A stretch of 64,000 nucleotides of DNA from Mobula birostris (taxonomy: Eukaryota). Positions within the stretch are counted from its first letter, which is position 1. Every line of letters starts with the position of its first letter. The stretch lies in assembly GCF_030028105.1 (NCBI RefSeq), contig NC_092393.1, positions 52,896,125 through 52,960,124 of the forward strand. The letters run 5' to 3'. A program made the translations under genes and the position numbers. Below, one piece after another: positions 12,140-24,785 of this stretch. The notes beneath the pieces were generated by a model. That model saw nothing but the letters and a program-made list of their open reading frames with translations. It made no database searches and was not told where the DNA came from.

Positions 12140-14185
12140 CATGCTTTGGCATTGTGTTCAGTTCTGGTCACCTCATTATAGGAACGATATGGAAATTTTA
12201 GAGTTGGTGCACAGGATGCTGCCTGGATAAAAGAGCATGTTTTGTAAAGATAGGTGGAACAAGCTAGGGCTTTTCTCTTTGGAGTGAAGGATGAGACTTG
12301 ACCTGGTGTACAAGATGCTAAGAGGCATAAATTGAGGTGCTAGCCAAAGATGTTTTTCCAGGGCGGAAATGGCTAATACAAGGAGATTGGAGGAATTTTT
12401 ATTTTAAGCAGAATGGAGGAAATTATGGGGAGGGTGGATGTCAGATGCAAGTTGTTTACCCAGAGAGTTGTGGCTGCATGGGACGTCTTGCTGGGTGTGG
12501 TAATGGAGGCAATTACATTAGGGGCATTTAAGGAACTCTAAGATAGGCACATGGATAGAAACATAGAAAACCTACAGCACCATACAGGCCCTTCGGCCCA
12601 CAATACTGTACCGAACACGTACATACTTTAGAAATTACCTGGGGTCACCCATAGCCCTCTATTTTTCTAAGCTCCATGTACCTATCCAGGAGTCTCTTAA
12701 AAGACCCTATTATATCCGCCTCCACCGCTGTTGCTGGCAGCCCATTCCACACACTCACCACTCTCTGCGTTTAAAAAAAAAACAAATTACCTCTGACATC
12801 TCTATACCTCACACTTATCTGGGTTGGACTCCATCTGCCACTTCTCAGCCCAGTTTTGCAGCCTATCGATGTCCCGCTATAACTTCTGACAGCCCTCCAC
12901 ACTATCCACAACACCCCCAACTTTTATGTCATCAGCAAATTTACTAACCCATCCCTCCACTTCCTCATCCAGGTCACTTATAAAAATCACAAAGAGAAGG
13001 GGTCCCAGAACAGATCCCTGAGGCACACCACTGGTCACCGACGTCCATGCAAAATATGACCCATCTACAACCACTCTTTGCCTTCTGTGGGCGAGCCAAT
13101 TCTGGATCCATAAAGCAATGTCCCCTTGGATCCCATGCCTCCTTACTTTCTCAGTAAGCCTTGCATGGGGTATCTTATCAAATGCTTTGCTGAAATCCAT
13201 ATACACTACGTCTACTGCTCCAACTTCATGAACGTGTTTAGTCACATTCTCAGAAATTCAATCAGGCTCGTAAGGCATGACCTGTCTTTGACAAAGCCAT
13301 GCTGACTATTCCTAATCAGATTATGCTTCTCCAAATGTTCATAAGTCCTGCCTCTCAGGATCTTCTCCATCAACTTACCAACCACTGAAGTAAGACTCAC
13401 TGGTCTATAATTTCCTGGGCTATCTCTACTCCCTTTCTTGAATAAGGGAACAACACCTGCAACCCTCCAATCCTCTGGAACAACTTCTGCCCCCATTGAT
13501 GATGCAAAGATCATTGCCAAAGGCTCAGCAATCTCCTCCCTTGCCTCCCACAGTAGCCTGGGGTACATCTTGTCCGGTCCTGGAGACTTATCCAACTTGA
13601 TGCTTTCCAAAAACTCCAGCACATCCTCTTTCGTAATGTCTATATGCTCAAGCTTATCATTCCGCTGTAAGTCATCCCTACAATCATCAAGATCCTTTCT
13701 CGTAGTGAATACTGAAGCAAAGTATTCATTAAGTACCTCCGTTGTCTCCTCCGGTTTCATACACACTTTTCCACTGTCACACTTGATTGGTCCTATTCTC
13801 TCACATCTTATCCTCATGCTCTTCACAAACTTGTAGAATGCCTTGGGGTTTTCTTTAATCCTGATCGCCAAGGCCTTCTCATGGCCCCTTCTGGCTCTCC
13901 TAATTTCATTCTTAAGCTTCTTCCTGCTAGCCTTATAATCTTCTAGATCTCTATCATTACCTAGTTTTTTGAACCTTTTGTGAGCTTTTCTTTTCTTCTT
14001 GACCAGATTTTCAACAGCCTTTGTACGCCACGGTTCCTGTACCCTACCATCCTTTCCCTGTCTCATTGGATGATAAAAAAAAATAGAGGGCTATTTGGAA
14101 GGGAAGGATCAAATTGATCTTAGGGTAGATTAAAAGGTTGGCACAACATTGTGGGCTAAAGGGCCTGTACTCTCCTTTAAGTTCT
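12140..14185 (+). mobile_element. Older CR1 3' fragment split by a younger CR1 (12140-12556, resumes 14067-14185)
   Basis: cagttctggtcacctcattataggaa RT end; halves rejoin to agataggcacatggatgata…, as in the intact copy near 62521. Confidence 0.75.
12557..14066 (-). mobile_element. Young 5'-truncated CR1 LINE, RT pseudogene
   Basis: ORFs 13242-14066 and 12877-13245 with PGNYRPVSLTS, DFSKAFD, GVPQGSVLGP, FADD motifs; one frameshift; atagaaac tail; internal deletion near 12803. Confidence 0.95.
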
Positions 14186-14454
14186 ATGCCATCCATGTGA
14201 AAATAAAACAGCAAAGTAAAGTCATGAAGCATTCTCAACTTGTATTTAAAACATTGAACTTTTGGTGATCTTAATGTTGATTTGCAATAGGTTTCAGCAT
14301 TAAACATGTGTTCTTTCAACTTGACGCCACAATTCTGAACCGTGCAAAACAATGTGCTCTAAACCCTGAAGATCCAGTGTCAATAAGCCTTAGCCAAATA
14401 ATGGCAATCCACTGGAATTTAAAGGTCAAAGTATATTTATTATCAAAGTACATA

Positions 14455-16978
14455 CAGTGCCTGTAAGTAGTATTCACGCTCCCTTGGAAGTTCTCCTGTT
14501 TTATTGTTTAACAACATTGAATCACAGTGGATTTAATTTGGCTTTTTTGACACTGATCAATAGAAAAGATTCTTTCACGTCAACGTGAAAACAAATTTCT
14601 ACAAATTGGTCAATTATACTCAAAATAATTGATTGCATAATTACTCACCCCCCCCTTAGGTCAATATTTAGTAAATGCATCTTTGGCAGCAATTGCAGCC
14701 TTGAGTCTGTGTGGATAGGTCTCTTATTAGCTTTGCACATCTGGACACTGTAGTTTTTCCTCATCCTTTTTTGCAAAACTGCTCAAGCTGTGTCAGATTG
14801 CATGGGGATCATGAGTAAAATGCCCTTTTCAAGTCCAGCCACAAATTCGCAATTAGACTGAGGTCTGGAATCTGACTTGGCCACTCCAGGACATTAACTT
14901 TGTTGTTTTAAGCCATTTCTGTGTACCTTCAGCTTTATGCTTGGGGTCATTGTCTTGCTGGGAAACAAATATTCTCCCAAGTTGCAGTTCTCGTGCAGAC
15001 TTCATCAGGTTTTCCTCCAAGATTTCCCTGTATTTTGCTGCATTAATTTTACCCTGTACCTTCATAAGCCTTCCAGGGCCTGCTGCAGTGAAGCATCCCC
15101 ACAGCAAAATGTAGCCACTATCGTGCTTCACAGTAGGGATGGTGTGTTTTTGATGATGTGTGGTGTTTGGCTTACACTTGATAACCAGAAAGCTCAATTT
15201 TGGTTTCATCAGACCATAGAACCATCTTCCAGCTGATTTCAGAGTCTCCCACATACCTTCTGGCAAACTCTAGCTGAGATTTCATGTGAGTTTTTTCACA
15301 GTGCCTTTCTCTTTGCCACTCTCCCATAAAGCTGCAACTGATGAAGCAACCGGGCAATGGTTGTTGTATGCACAGTCTCTCCCATCTCAGCCACTGAAGC
15401 TTGCCACTCCTCCAGAGTTGTCATAGGTCACTTGGGGACCTCCCTCTCTAGTCCCCTTCTTGCACAGTCACTCAGTTTGTGAGGACGTCCTGCTCTAGGC
15501 AGACTTACAGCTGTGCCATGTTCTTTCCATTTCTTGATGATTGAGGCTATGTCCACACTAGAGCGGATAATTTTGAAAACTCCGGTTTCGAGTAAAAACG
15601 ACAGGCGTCCACACTAGGCATTTTTCAAAGTATCTCTGTCCACATTAAAACGGATATTTGGGCGAATCTACTCCTACTGGGCATGCGTAGACACATCTAC
15701 AGAAAACAAGCAAAGAGGAAATGGTGTAATATTTGCGTTTCCGCAGCGGCGTTGTGCTATTTCCATTGGTCAAAAACTAGAGTACCAACAACAACAGTGA
15801 AAGAAAGTTTTCAACAGTGTCTTTGAGGAATACAAAGAAAACCTCCGCTGGAAAAAGCAGACCGGACTTCTTCGTTTAGACAGACAATGAAGTTGAACTG
15901 TTTCTGCGAGTTACAAGCGACTACAAAATCAGCAAAGCAGTGGAGAATGTGGAGATGTTTAACTCCAAACAAGCTATTAACGTAGACAATAAAGTAAACA
16001 ACACACGCATGAAGCCGTCCTCTACCCAAGATCAACGAGCAAGTGGAATCTTCTGCCGCCAGACCTGCGCAGTATTTCTGACATTAATACTTTTAAAGAT
16101 AAACTCAATCAAATCAATTTGGGGATCTAGTCAAAAAAGCTCACTTTACAATTTAACTCTCACGCCGTTCACACCGACTGCGCGTTATAACAGCCGTCCG
16201 GCACTGCTTGCGCAGTACCAAGCAGAAGCAGAAAAAGCATTGTTGTTGTGTGTTGTCATGACAGCGTTTTGAAATATCTCTGTTTACCCTGTCCACACTA
16301 CAACGCGCAACAATCGTTTTCAAATTTACACACTCTGGAGAGTGTTTTAGAACAGCTCCGTTTTCGGGGGATGAAAATGCTGTTTCAATGTGGATGGAGG
16401 GTCAAAATGAAGAGAAAAAGCTTCATTTTCAAAATTATCCGGCGTAATGTGGACGTAGCCTGACTTAACTGTACTCTAAGGGATATTCAATGACTTAGGA
16501 AATTTTCTTGTATTCATCTCCTGACTTATGCTTTTCAATAACCTTTTCATTGAGTTGCTTGGAGTGTTCTTTTGTCTTCATGGTGTAGTCTTTGCCAGGA
16601 TACTGACTCACCAGCAGTTGGATCTTCCAGATGCTGGTGTATTTTTAGTACAGTCAATTGAAACACCTTGACAACACCCAGGTCTCCAAAAAGAGATCTC
16701 CATTTAACTAATTATGTGACTTCTAAAATCATTTGGCTGCACCAGTGATGATTTAGTGTGTCATATTAAAAGGGGTGAATACTTATGTTTTATTTACTTT
16801 GTGTTTTATTTTTATAATTAATTTATATCACTTTGTAGAAATCTGTTTTCACTTTGACACGTAAGAGTCATTGTCAAAAAAAGGCAAATTAAATACACTG
16901 TGATTCAATGTTGTAAAACAATAAAGCATGAATAAAAGAATAACACCAAGGAGGGGTGAATACTTTTTATAGGCATTA
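14455..16978 (-). mobile_element. Tc1 (IR/DR type) transposon, defective transposase
   Basis: TA-flanked ~200-bp TIRs (cagtgcctgtaagtagtattcac / gtgaatactttttataggcatta); fragments VLWSDETKIEL, TVKHDSGYILLWGCF, QQDNDPKHKA. Confidence 0.93.
15545..16460. mobile_element. Non-autonomous PIF/Harbinger-like element nested in Tc1
   Basis: TIRs ggctatgtccacactagagcggataattttgaaaa / ttttcaaaattatccggcgtaatgtggacgtagcc; 3-bp TSD TGA (15542-15544, 16461-16463). Confidence 0.88.
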
Positions 16979-17994
16979 TATATGTCACTATATGCAATAC
17001 TACTCAGGCATTAGCTGTCCCTAAGACGAGAAGGGCAAAAAATGTGAGATTTAACTAACCATTTCTAGATAAAGAAGCCTGTGTTTATGCTTTGTTAAAA
17101 TGGCATTGCTAAAGCATGGGTTTGTTATGCAATGTTAATTCCAGATGAGTCTACTTTGATTGTTCCAAATCACATTTGAATCCAGCTTTGGCCTATATAA
17201 TAACCAATTCTGCGTGTACTTTGATTAGTCAATTACCTGAAGTTGGTGTAATCAAGTTCTTACAACTAGATTACACTAACTTTAAAATACGTCTTGGTAG
17301 CTCATCATTTCGGGCGGAAGTAAGATTGGCGTATATCAGCGTTCCCATCACACAGACGCTTCACTCAATGTTCTCTCCCTATCTTATGGAAATTTTAATT
17401 GATGGTAAGGTTTTTGATCACAGGAGAGGGCTTTGCAATCTTTTTCAAGATGAACAAGTCTATAAAATATCACTACTTGAAGATTAAAATTGATCTCAGT
17501 TTGAATATGTGGTAATAATAGATAACCCGAAAACAACTTGTATACAGAGTTATCAGCTGCTTTTAACCTTCCCTTTTTGCTGAAAAAAAAAGCAGTAATT
17601 TATATTGGTCATTCGGTTACAATAGACACTAGCTTGGCTGCTTCCCAGTAGTCTGGCATTCTCTCGTCTGCAGTTTTGCAAATATGATGACAAAAGCTTT
17701 CTGATTAATGGGAAAATCTTGTGCTTTTTCCCTTAAATAGTTTGTGGGGAAAATTGTCTGCATGGACTATTCAGGAAGATCATCTATCCACAGCCATGTG
17801 TAGAATGATCTTTTTAAATAGTCATCTCCTTGGTTTATTGAGTTTAACTTTGTTTCTGGCTGCTACTGAGTTTATCTGATCCTTAATTTAATCTAATCTC
17901 CAGACCTGTCACCTGAATATAATGTTTTTGGCCCTTAATTGCATTGCAATTATCTATCAGATATCTATATGGTGAGATGTTTGTGGATAGCTTG

Positions 17995-18897
17995 GGTAGA
18001 GTTATACTTTATTGTCGCCAAACAATTGGTACTAGAACGTACAATCATCACAGCGATATTTGATTCTACGCTTCACACTCCCTGGATTACAAATATTAAA
18101 TATTAAAAATATTAAAAATAGTTAAAATTAGTAAATATTAAAAATGTAAATTATAAATCATAAATAGAAAATAGAAAAATGGGAGGTAAGGTAATGCAAA
18201 AAAACCGAGAGGCAGGTCCGGATATTTTGAAGGTAAGGCCCAGATCTGGGTCAGGATCCGTTCAGCAGTCTTATCACAGTTGGAAAGAAGCTGTTCCCAA
18301 ATCTGGCCGTGCGAGTCTTCAAGCTCCTGAACCTTCTACCGGAGGGAAGAGGGATGAAAAGTGTGTTGGCTGGGTGGGTCATGTCCTTGATTATCCTGGC
18401 AGCACTGCTCCGACAGCGTGCGGTGTAAAGTGAGTCCACAGATGGAAGATTGGTTTGTGTGATGTGCTGTGCCGTCTTCACGGTCTTCTGCAGCTTCTTT
18501 CAGTCTTGGACAGGACAACTTCCATACCAGGTTGTGATGCACCCTAGAAGAATGCTTTCTATGGTGCATCTATAAAAATTAGTGAGGGTTTTAGGGGACA
18601 GGCCAAATTTCTTTAGTTTTCTCAGGAAGTAAAGGCACTGGTGGGCCTTCTTGGCAGTGAACTCTGCTTGGTTGGACCAAGTCAGGTCATTTGTGATATT
18701 GACCCCGAGGAACTTAAAGCTTTTGACCTGTTCCACTTGCGCACCACCGATGTAAATTGGGTCATGTCGTCCGCTACTCCTTCTGAAGTCAGCAACCAAT
18801 TCCTTCGTCTTGCTGACGTTGAGGGATAGGTTATTGTCTTCGCACCATGCCACCAGGTTCTTAATTTCCTCTCTGTACTCAAACTCATCATTACCCG
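17995..18897 (-). mobile_element. Rex1/Babar-type LINE 3' fragment (RT end, DUF1891-like)
   Basis: ORFs WCEDNNLSLNVSKTKELVADFRR…FKFLGVNIT…FYRCTIESIL and …PLPSGRRFRSL…FFPTVIRLLN. Confidence 0.9.
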
Positions 18898-19440
18898 ATT
18901 ATTCACGGATCTTCCAAAAAGTATCTACTTCCACCTTCAATACTGAAGATCTAGCTTCCGCAGCCCTCCAGAGAACCTCAATACTTTGCAAAAAAAAAAA
19001 AAATAATTCGGTGCACCTTTGTTTTACGTGCCTGCCACTCCCTCCTCTATGGTCCTTCATTTTAGACTGTCCCACTAATGAGGGCATCTCGATAACCACC
19101 CTGTCAGCCCCCCCTCAGAATCTTACGTGTATCCATATGTTCACCCTACTTTCCTAAACTTCAAAGAATACAGCCCCAATTTGTTTAGAATCATAAGACA
19201 ATCCTCTCATCACATAATTATTGCAGAAAATTTCGGTTCCTAGGGAAAACAGGCTGTTCTCTGCTTAATATGCAGTAACTAGTCAGCTACTCTGAGGACT
19301 GAGTGCCCATCTGAGCTAGTCACAGGAGAGATCTGTGATTTAAATGAGATTGCAGAGTATAATGTATCAATGTTTGTTGAAGAAATAAAGCTTGGTAGGA
19401 AAATGAGTTGTGAAGAGGATGTGAAAGGTATAGGTTAGAG

Positions 19441-22330
19441 TAGCCTTTCTCAATCTTTTTGACCTGGAGGAACCCTTGAAATAATTTTGAAGTCTCAGAG
19501 AACCCCTGCATAAAAATTATTATATCTAGAGCTCACGGGTTAGCGTGATCAGTCAGTTGTAGATATAACAACCCAAAGCTCTTTTTAGTAGAGAATGAAT
19601 TTTTAGCCAACCTTTCTTTAAAAAAAACAGATAGTTAAGCTTGGCTTACCTTTCTTGAAACAACTCTTTCTTTCTCTTTCATAATTTTAAATGCTCCTAA
19701 GGCAAACATGATAAATTTCTCATTTCTGGGTCGAATGAAATGAGCACACACAGATTTCACCTTCAGCTGAAATGAGACAATTTCTATCCTTGCTTTTGAT
19801 AGTTGTTAAACAAGAAAAAGCTTGCTCGCACATGTAAGAAGTTGAGAACTGCAACAAAATGTTCATTGCTTTCCTGTGAATGGCAGGATGCTGTTCTTTC
19901 ACAGAAATCCAGAACTTGTCCACTGGCAGGTCAGTAAATCTCATCTTGAGTGCATGATCAGAGTGCACTCAAAGTTCTTCCTCTTCTCTCAAAGTCAAGT
20001 TCTCAGGCTGAGCAGAAGTTACAGAGGAAAGGGTCCCTCACCCAGTCATACACATGTTGAAAGGGAGGAAAAATACTGTTCAATTTTGTTCTGCAGTTCT
20101 TCCAGATGGTTTTCAATAAGAACCGAGACTTTTGATATCCATCCTCACTCTCAAGCCCAAGCAGCAGTGGAAACATTTCAAGATTTCCTTTTGCAACATG
20201 ATTTTTCTTAAGTTTCAGTTGCCTTTTAAATCCAAGAATCTTGTCACTTGAGTTCAACACATTTTCTCCAGAACCTCACAAAGACTTATTCAACTGATTC
20301 ATATGGTGAAAAATATCTGTTCAGTAGGCTAGTTTCTGCCTCCATTCTTCATCTTCAAAGCACTGGCCTACTATTTTCTTGAAAGTACTCCTGCAATTCA
20401 CCTTTCAACTCAAACACCCTGTTGAAAACTTTTCCTCTGCTAAGCAATTAGATTTCTGTATGTAGCAGGAGATTGGTGTGTTCTTTGTCCAGGTTTTCAC
20501 GGTTTTTTAAACATTCTCGAATGAATTGGTCTTAAAGCTACTGAATAATTTGCTTCCTGCATCCTTTTACTGACTGTGACTTTATTTTCAAAAACTTTAA
20601 TCTGTTTGTTTTAAGATTCCAACAGTCATTTAAAATAATCAGCACTTTTACGTGTCAATGGCTGTGATTTGTAGTTGTGTCTTTTCAATTTTGCTGGACC
20701 TTTTGCTATATTTGTATGGTTTTTTTTGCACAGACAAGGCACAATGGAATAGGACAACTTGGATCACCAGTCCATGTGAAACCCATTGATAAGTAGCTTT
20801 CATTGTAAAAATATGGTACCAGTGATTACTTTAGTTCCACCCACTGCTTTTGTCTCCAGGACCCAGAAGAGGCTGGTGGACTTCTGGGGCGACAGAGGGC
20901 ATTGGGTCTCTGCTGCGGTCCTGAGTCTAAAAATCACGGAGGGTGGTCAGTCAGTGGTGTGTGTGTGCACCCATCTGGTGGCTCTGCATCTCAGGACCCT
21001 GCAGAGATACCTACATAATGATCACCCCCTCCCCACCCCCAAGATGGCTCGCGCATGTGACTCACTTTCTCTACTGGGGACACTGCCTGCAGCTGGACAC
21101 ACGGCTTCCAGCGGACAGCGTCAGCTGCTGCCACCATTTTGAAGGGACTGCCTCGTTTTTACCGAGAGCTGTTGACGGTACGGGCTCTAGTCTCATCCGG
21201 ACACAGTGCTCCTGCGCCAGTGGAGGACGGTGTTCTAACTGCGAGGGGATTGGTCTCCATTCTGCCATTCTGTCACAGTAGCTGTGAGGAGGCTGGAATT
21301 GGTCATCGGTAGCAGACCTCGGGACACCACACAGGAGAGGGTCCTGCGTAACTTGAGCCGTCTCACAGGGATGCCTACTGGACCTTTCCATGACTCTCCA
21401 AAGCGTTTCTTTTACAGGCTACTCTTGCACACCTTTCACTTCCATGCCTTCGTTGCCGACCAGACTCGCCTTGGCGATCTGTTTTACCATCTGGCAGCGG
21501 AGGAGGTCCCCAGCGGAAATCTCTTTATGCAGAAGTCCTTCCCCTGTACATTGGGGACCTGGGGTGGAAGGTGTTGCATAGGGCAGCACCGTGCAACAGG
21601 TTTTTAAGCAGGTTCACTGACACCCCATCCACTTGTTCGTTCTGTGGTCAGGAGGAATCAGTGTACCATGCTTATATGAAGCGTCAGAGGTTGCAGCCCC
21701 TGTTTGTATGTCTGACGGGCCTGTTGCTCAGTTTCTGGTTACACTTCAGCCCCACGCTCCTTGTGTTCGGGCACCCAGTACAGAAGGGGGTGGGTTGCGA
21801 TGAGGATCTATTCGTGGGCTTGTTTCTGGGCCCAGCCAAGATGGCTGTTCACAGGTCTAGGTCTAGGTGGCGGAAAGACAAGGGCTCTGCCAGAGCCAAC
21901 TGCCTGCCCCTCTTCTGAGGGTACTTTTATGCCCAGCTATCCTTTGAGAGGGAGCATGCGGTCACCATGAGTACAGTGGGGAATTTCTAGGACCGGTGGG
22001 CCACCCAGGGAATTGACTGTTTTATAGACAGTAGTAATCATATTTTAATTTGAATTTATTTGCTGTCTTGTAAATATTTAACATTTGTACTTTGTGTATT
22101 TGTTGTGCAATTAAACTTTTATAGTTCTGTAAAAAAAAAGATGGACTTCTTTTGTGTCTATTGTTGCACTAGTGCAGTGAAATGACTCAGATGATTGCAA
22201 TTCTTCATCATTATCCTCATCAGAATTGTCTGTAGGCCTAGGCCTAGAATCCTCCTCTTCAAAAGACTGGACAGTCTTTAGAATGAAAATTTCCCTCTAA
22301 TTTTCTTCTACACTGTTAGTTTGTTCGCTC
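19441..22330 (-). mobile_element. hAT Charlie/Buster (SCAND3/ZBED-like) transposon remnant, interrupted by an L1/Tx1 fragment
   Basis: FWISVKEQHP…LLQFSTSYMCEQAFSCLTTIKSKDRN is a hAT dimerisation domain; TIR-like tagcctttctcaatcttttt at 19441; N-terminal remnant [16 protein letters not shown] spans the insertion. Confidence 0.85.
20809..22139 (+). mobile_element. L1/Tx1-clade LINE 3' fragment with poly(A)
   Basis: GC-rich ORF2 remnant with zf-RVT/CCHC-like CSFCGQEESVYHAY…RLQPLF; ends in an A-run at 22131-22139. Confidence 0.8.
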
Positions 22331-22334
22331 CCAT

Positions 22335-22529
22335 AAGTCAGTCTTATAGGATGTGGTTTGGTGCGCTGCTGGGTCCTAAAGCCCACCGCACTGAGCCAGG
22401 TTAAATAAGGGACTTGAGCATACGCGTTTTTTGGTATTTTGGGGGGGGGGGGGGTCCAAAATCCAAAAAATTCTGAATTCTGAAATGCAACTGGCCTTAA
22501 GGATTTCGGATAAGGGATTGTGAACCTGT
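22335..22529 (-). mobile_element. Tigger/pogo-like MITE fragment
   Basis: Right end reverse complement caggttcacaatcccttatccgaaa; 22395-22445 matches the reverse complement of 35445-35490. Confidence 0.6.
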
Positions 22530-23419
22530 GCAACACATTTTTTTTTTATCACTCTTGTATTCTGGTAAATCTCCTCAGCAGAATTTCAATTGCCTTCACA
22601 TTTTTGTTAAAATAAACCACCAGCAGCATGGTGACACCTACAGGCTGCCCAACACAATCCTCACTGATTTGATTTGACACAAACAACACATTTCACTGTA
22701 CATTTCGATGTGCATGTGATAAATAATGCTTTTCTCTAATTTTTTAGATCTTTAATTCTTAAGTATTTTAGCTGCAATGAATAAAGTGTTTAGCATAACA
22801 CCGTTGATTTTGTGTTCTACGGTGCAGCTGATAAAACCAATGATTTTGTGTGCTTTTGTACAGCTCCTCTAATACTTATGCCTAGATGCTTCCTGGTCTC
22901 TGTTCGTGCCGAGCCCCATTAAATTAATGGCATTTATTTAATGCTGGCTCTCACTCTTCTCTCCACACTTTTCAGCATCAGATCCTTGTGCATCTAATCC
23001 ATTTCATCAGTCGATCCACTGTGCGTCCTTCTAAAGTCTGCTGAAGGCTTTACTCTAGTCAAAATGTTGAAAGTGTAACCTTTGACCAGTGTCTGAGTCA
23101 TTAATAAATCTCGAACTATTCAGTGGTGCTAATGTCGATCCCCGAGGACACTGTGCTTTTTTCCAGTCAACTCGTCTCTTCCGTGTTTCTGACCAGCATC
23201 CATGGTGCCGGTGTCACTTTCACCCCAAGCACTCCACTCCACAGAACTAAAACGCTCCAGAGTGTGTGATGTGATTCACTACCCAGCTGCCTGCTTTAAT
23301 TGGAAGGGTTTGGAGGCCCAGAGGCAGCTTGTCTTGAGGTTGGAGGCCTGAGGTGGGGGTGGTGTGTATGGTTAGCAGATGGGTGGATGAAAGGAAAGGG
23401 TTTTATGTTGTACGCCTGA

Positions 23420-23812
23420 ACCTTATAGGCATGTTATGTTAGCTCTTGAATGTTTGACGACAGCTGTGGGCTGACCCCAGTACATCCTTCGGGTGAAATA
23501 GAGCAATTTAGCATGAATAGGGGGCCCTTCCACCTGGGACTCCACATAGCTGACAGTAGTGAAATCCGAGCGGAAACCAGTCGCATGGTGAAGGAAGCCC
23601 TGAACACTGCCAAGACCAGGTACGTCATTGGACTCCTGGAGGGCGGAGGAAATGAGCAGATCAAAAGCAACTTGGTGCCATACCATACAGGCAGAAATGA
23701 GGACACTGAACCACATCTGGGACACAATAGAGAAGATGGCCAATGACAGACAGAGATGGAGGACCTTCATTGCTGCCCTAAACACCAGTGGTGTAATGGG
23801 CAGGAAGTAAGT
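23420..23812 (+). mobile_element. RTE-clade LINE 3' fragment
   Basis: …TWCHTIQAEMRTLNHIWDTIEKMANDRQRWRTFIAAL is an RTE ORF C-terminus; agtaagt tail. Confidence 0.8.
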
Positions 23813-23861
23813 GTTTCAATGATACTGTTGAACCTGCCTCAACCACTTTTTGTTGTTAGTC

Positions 23862-23902
23862 ATAGACGCAAGGTTCTGCAGATGCTGGAAATCTAGAACA
23901 AG

Positions 23903-23933
<31 letters not shown>

Positions 23934-23945
23934 GCTGGAACAACT
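23862..23945. mobile_element. Penelope pLTR fragment with (CA)n microsatellite
   Basis: ttctgcagatgctggaaatctagaac…(ac)n…aatgctgga. Confidence 0.6.
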
Positions 23946-24198
23946 TTCCAGTGTGAAGGACACATTTCACTGTATGTTACAGTGCAGTGAATCTGAGTTT
24001 TTTTTGCCTATGTAAATAAACTCACTCTTTTTGAAGTAAATTGACTTTGTAACAGACTGCTGTGAATCTCACCCCTTTCTCCACCTTCAACTCATGGCTG
24101 CTGCCATTGAAACGCTTTCACTTACCTCACAAGCAATCCCTTGGTGATGTGCACCAAATTTATTTTCCCTATAAATGGTGCAATATCTCAGATGAGTA

Positions 24199-24425
24199 AA
24201 TGCAGGAGATTCTGCAGATGCTGGAAAATCCAGAGCAACACACATAAAATGCTGGAGAAACTTAGCAGGTCAGGCAGCATCTCTGGAAGGGAATAAATGG
24301 TCGACATTTTGGGCCGAGCTCGTTCATCAGGACTTGATGAAGTTTCTCAGCCTGAAACGTCGACTGTTTATTCCTTTCTATACATACTGCTTGAGCTGCT
24401 GAGTTCCTCCAGCATTTTTCGTGTG
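24199..24425. mobile_element. Penelope-derived hairpin element with two opposed hammerhead motifs
   Basis: Perfect 15-bp TSD tatctcagatgagta (24184-24198, 24426-24440); inverted arms. Confidence 0.9.
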
Positions 24426-24785
24426 TATCTCAGATGAGTATTTGTTTTGGTCATCTTACTGTAAAATGCTAGCAAACCTATTTATAATTGAATCTTAATA
24501 TCTATTCCTAAATGGTTGTTTGTTAGTGTGTAATTTTAATACATTGAGCTGCAGCACCCACAGCCATTAAATCCTTCACAGCACAGGAATTGTTGCAGCT
24601 TCATTATCAATTGTTTGCCTGCTGAATAATTAATATATATCCTACAGCATCAAAATAATTATGTGTTCTTAGTGCTGCGAGTGATGTATTAGGTCAGAAT
24701 CTGTGTCATTACTGGGTTAGGAAAGAATTGGCTCTAAGCACTCAACTAATGAGTTCCATAAAAGTGTAAAATAAAGGTATCGACG

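Noticed and set aside
19720-20260. Domesticated ZBED/SCAND3-like gene
   Set aside because: Frameshifts, stops and an L1 insertion indicate a dead hAT copy
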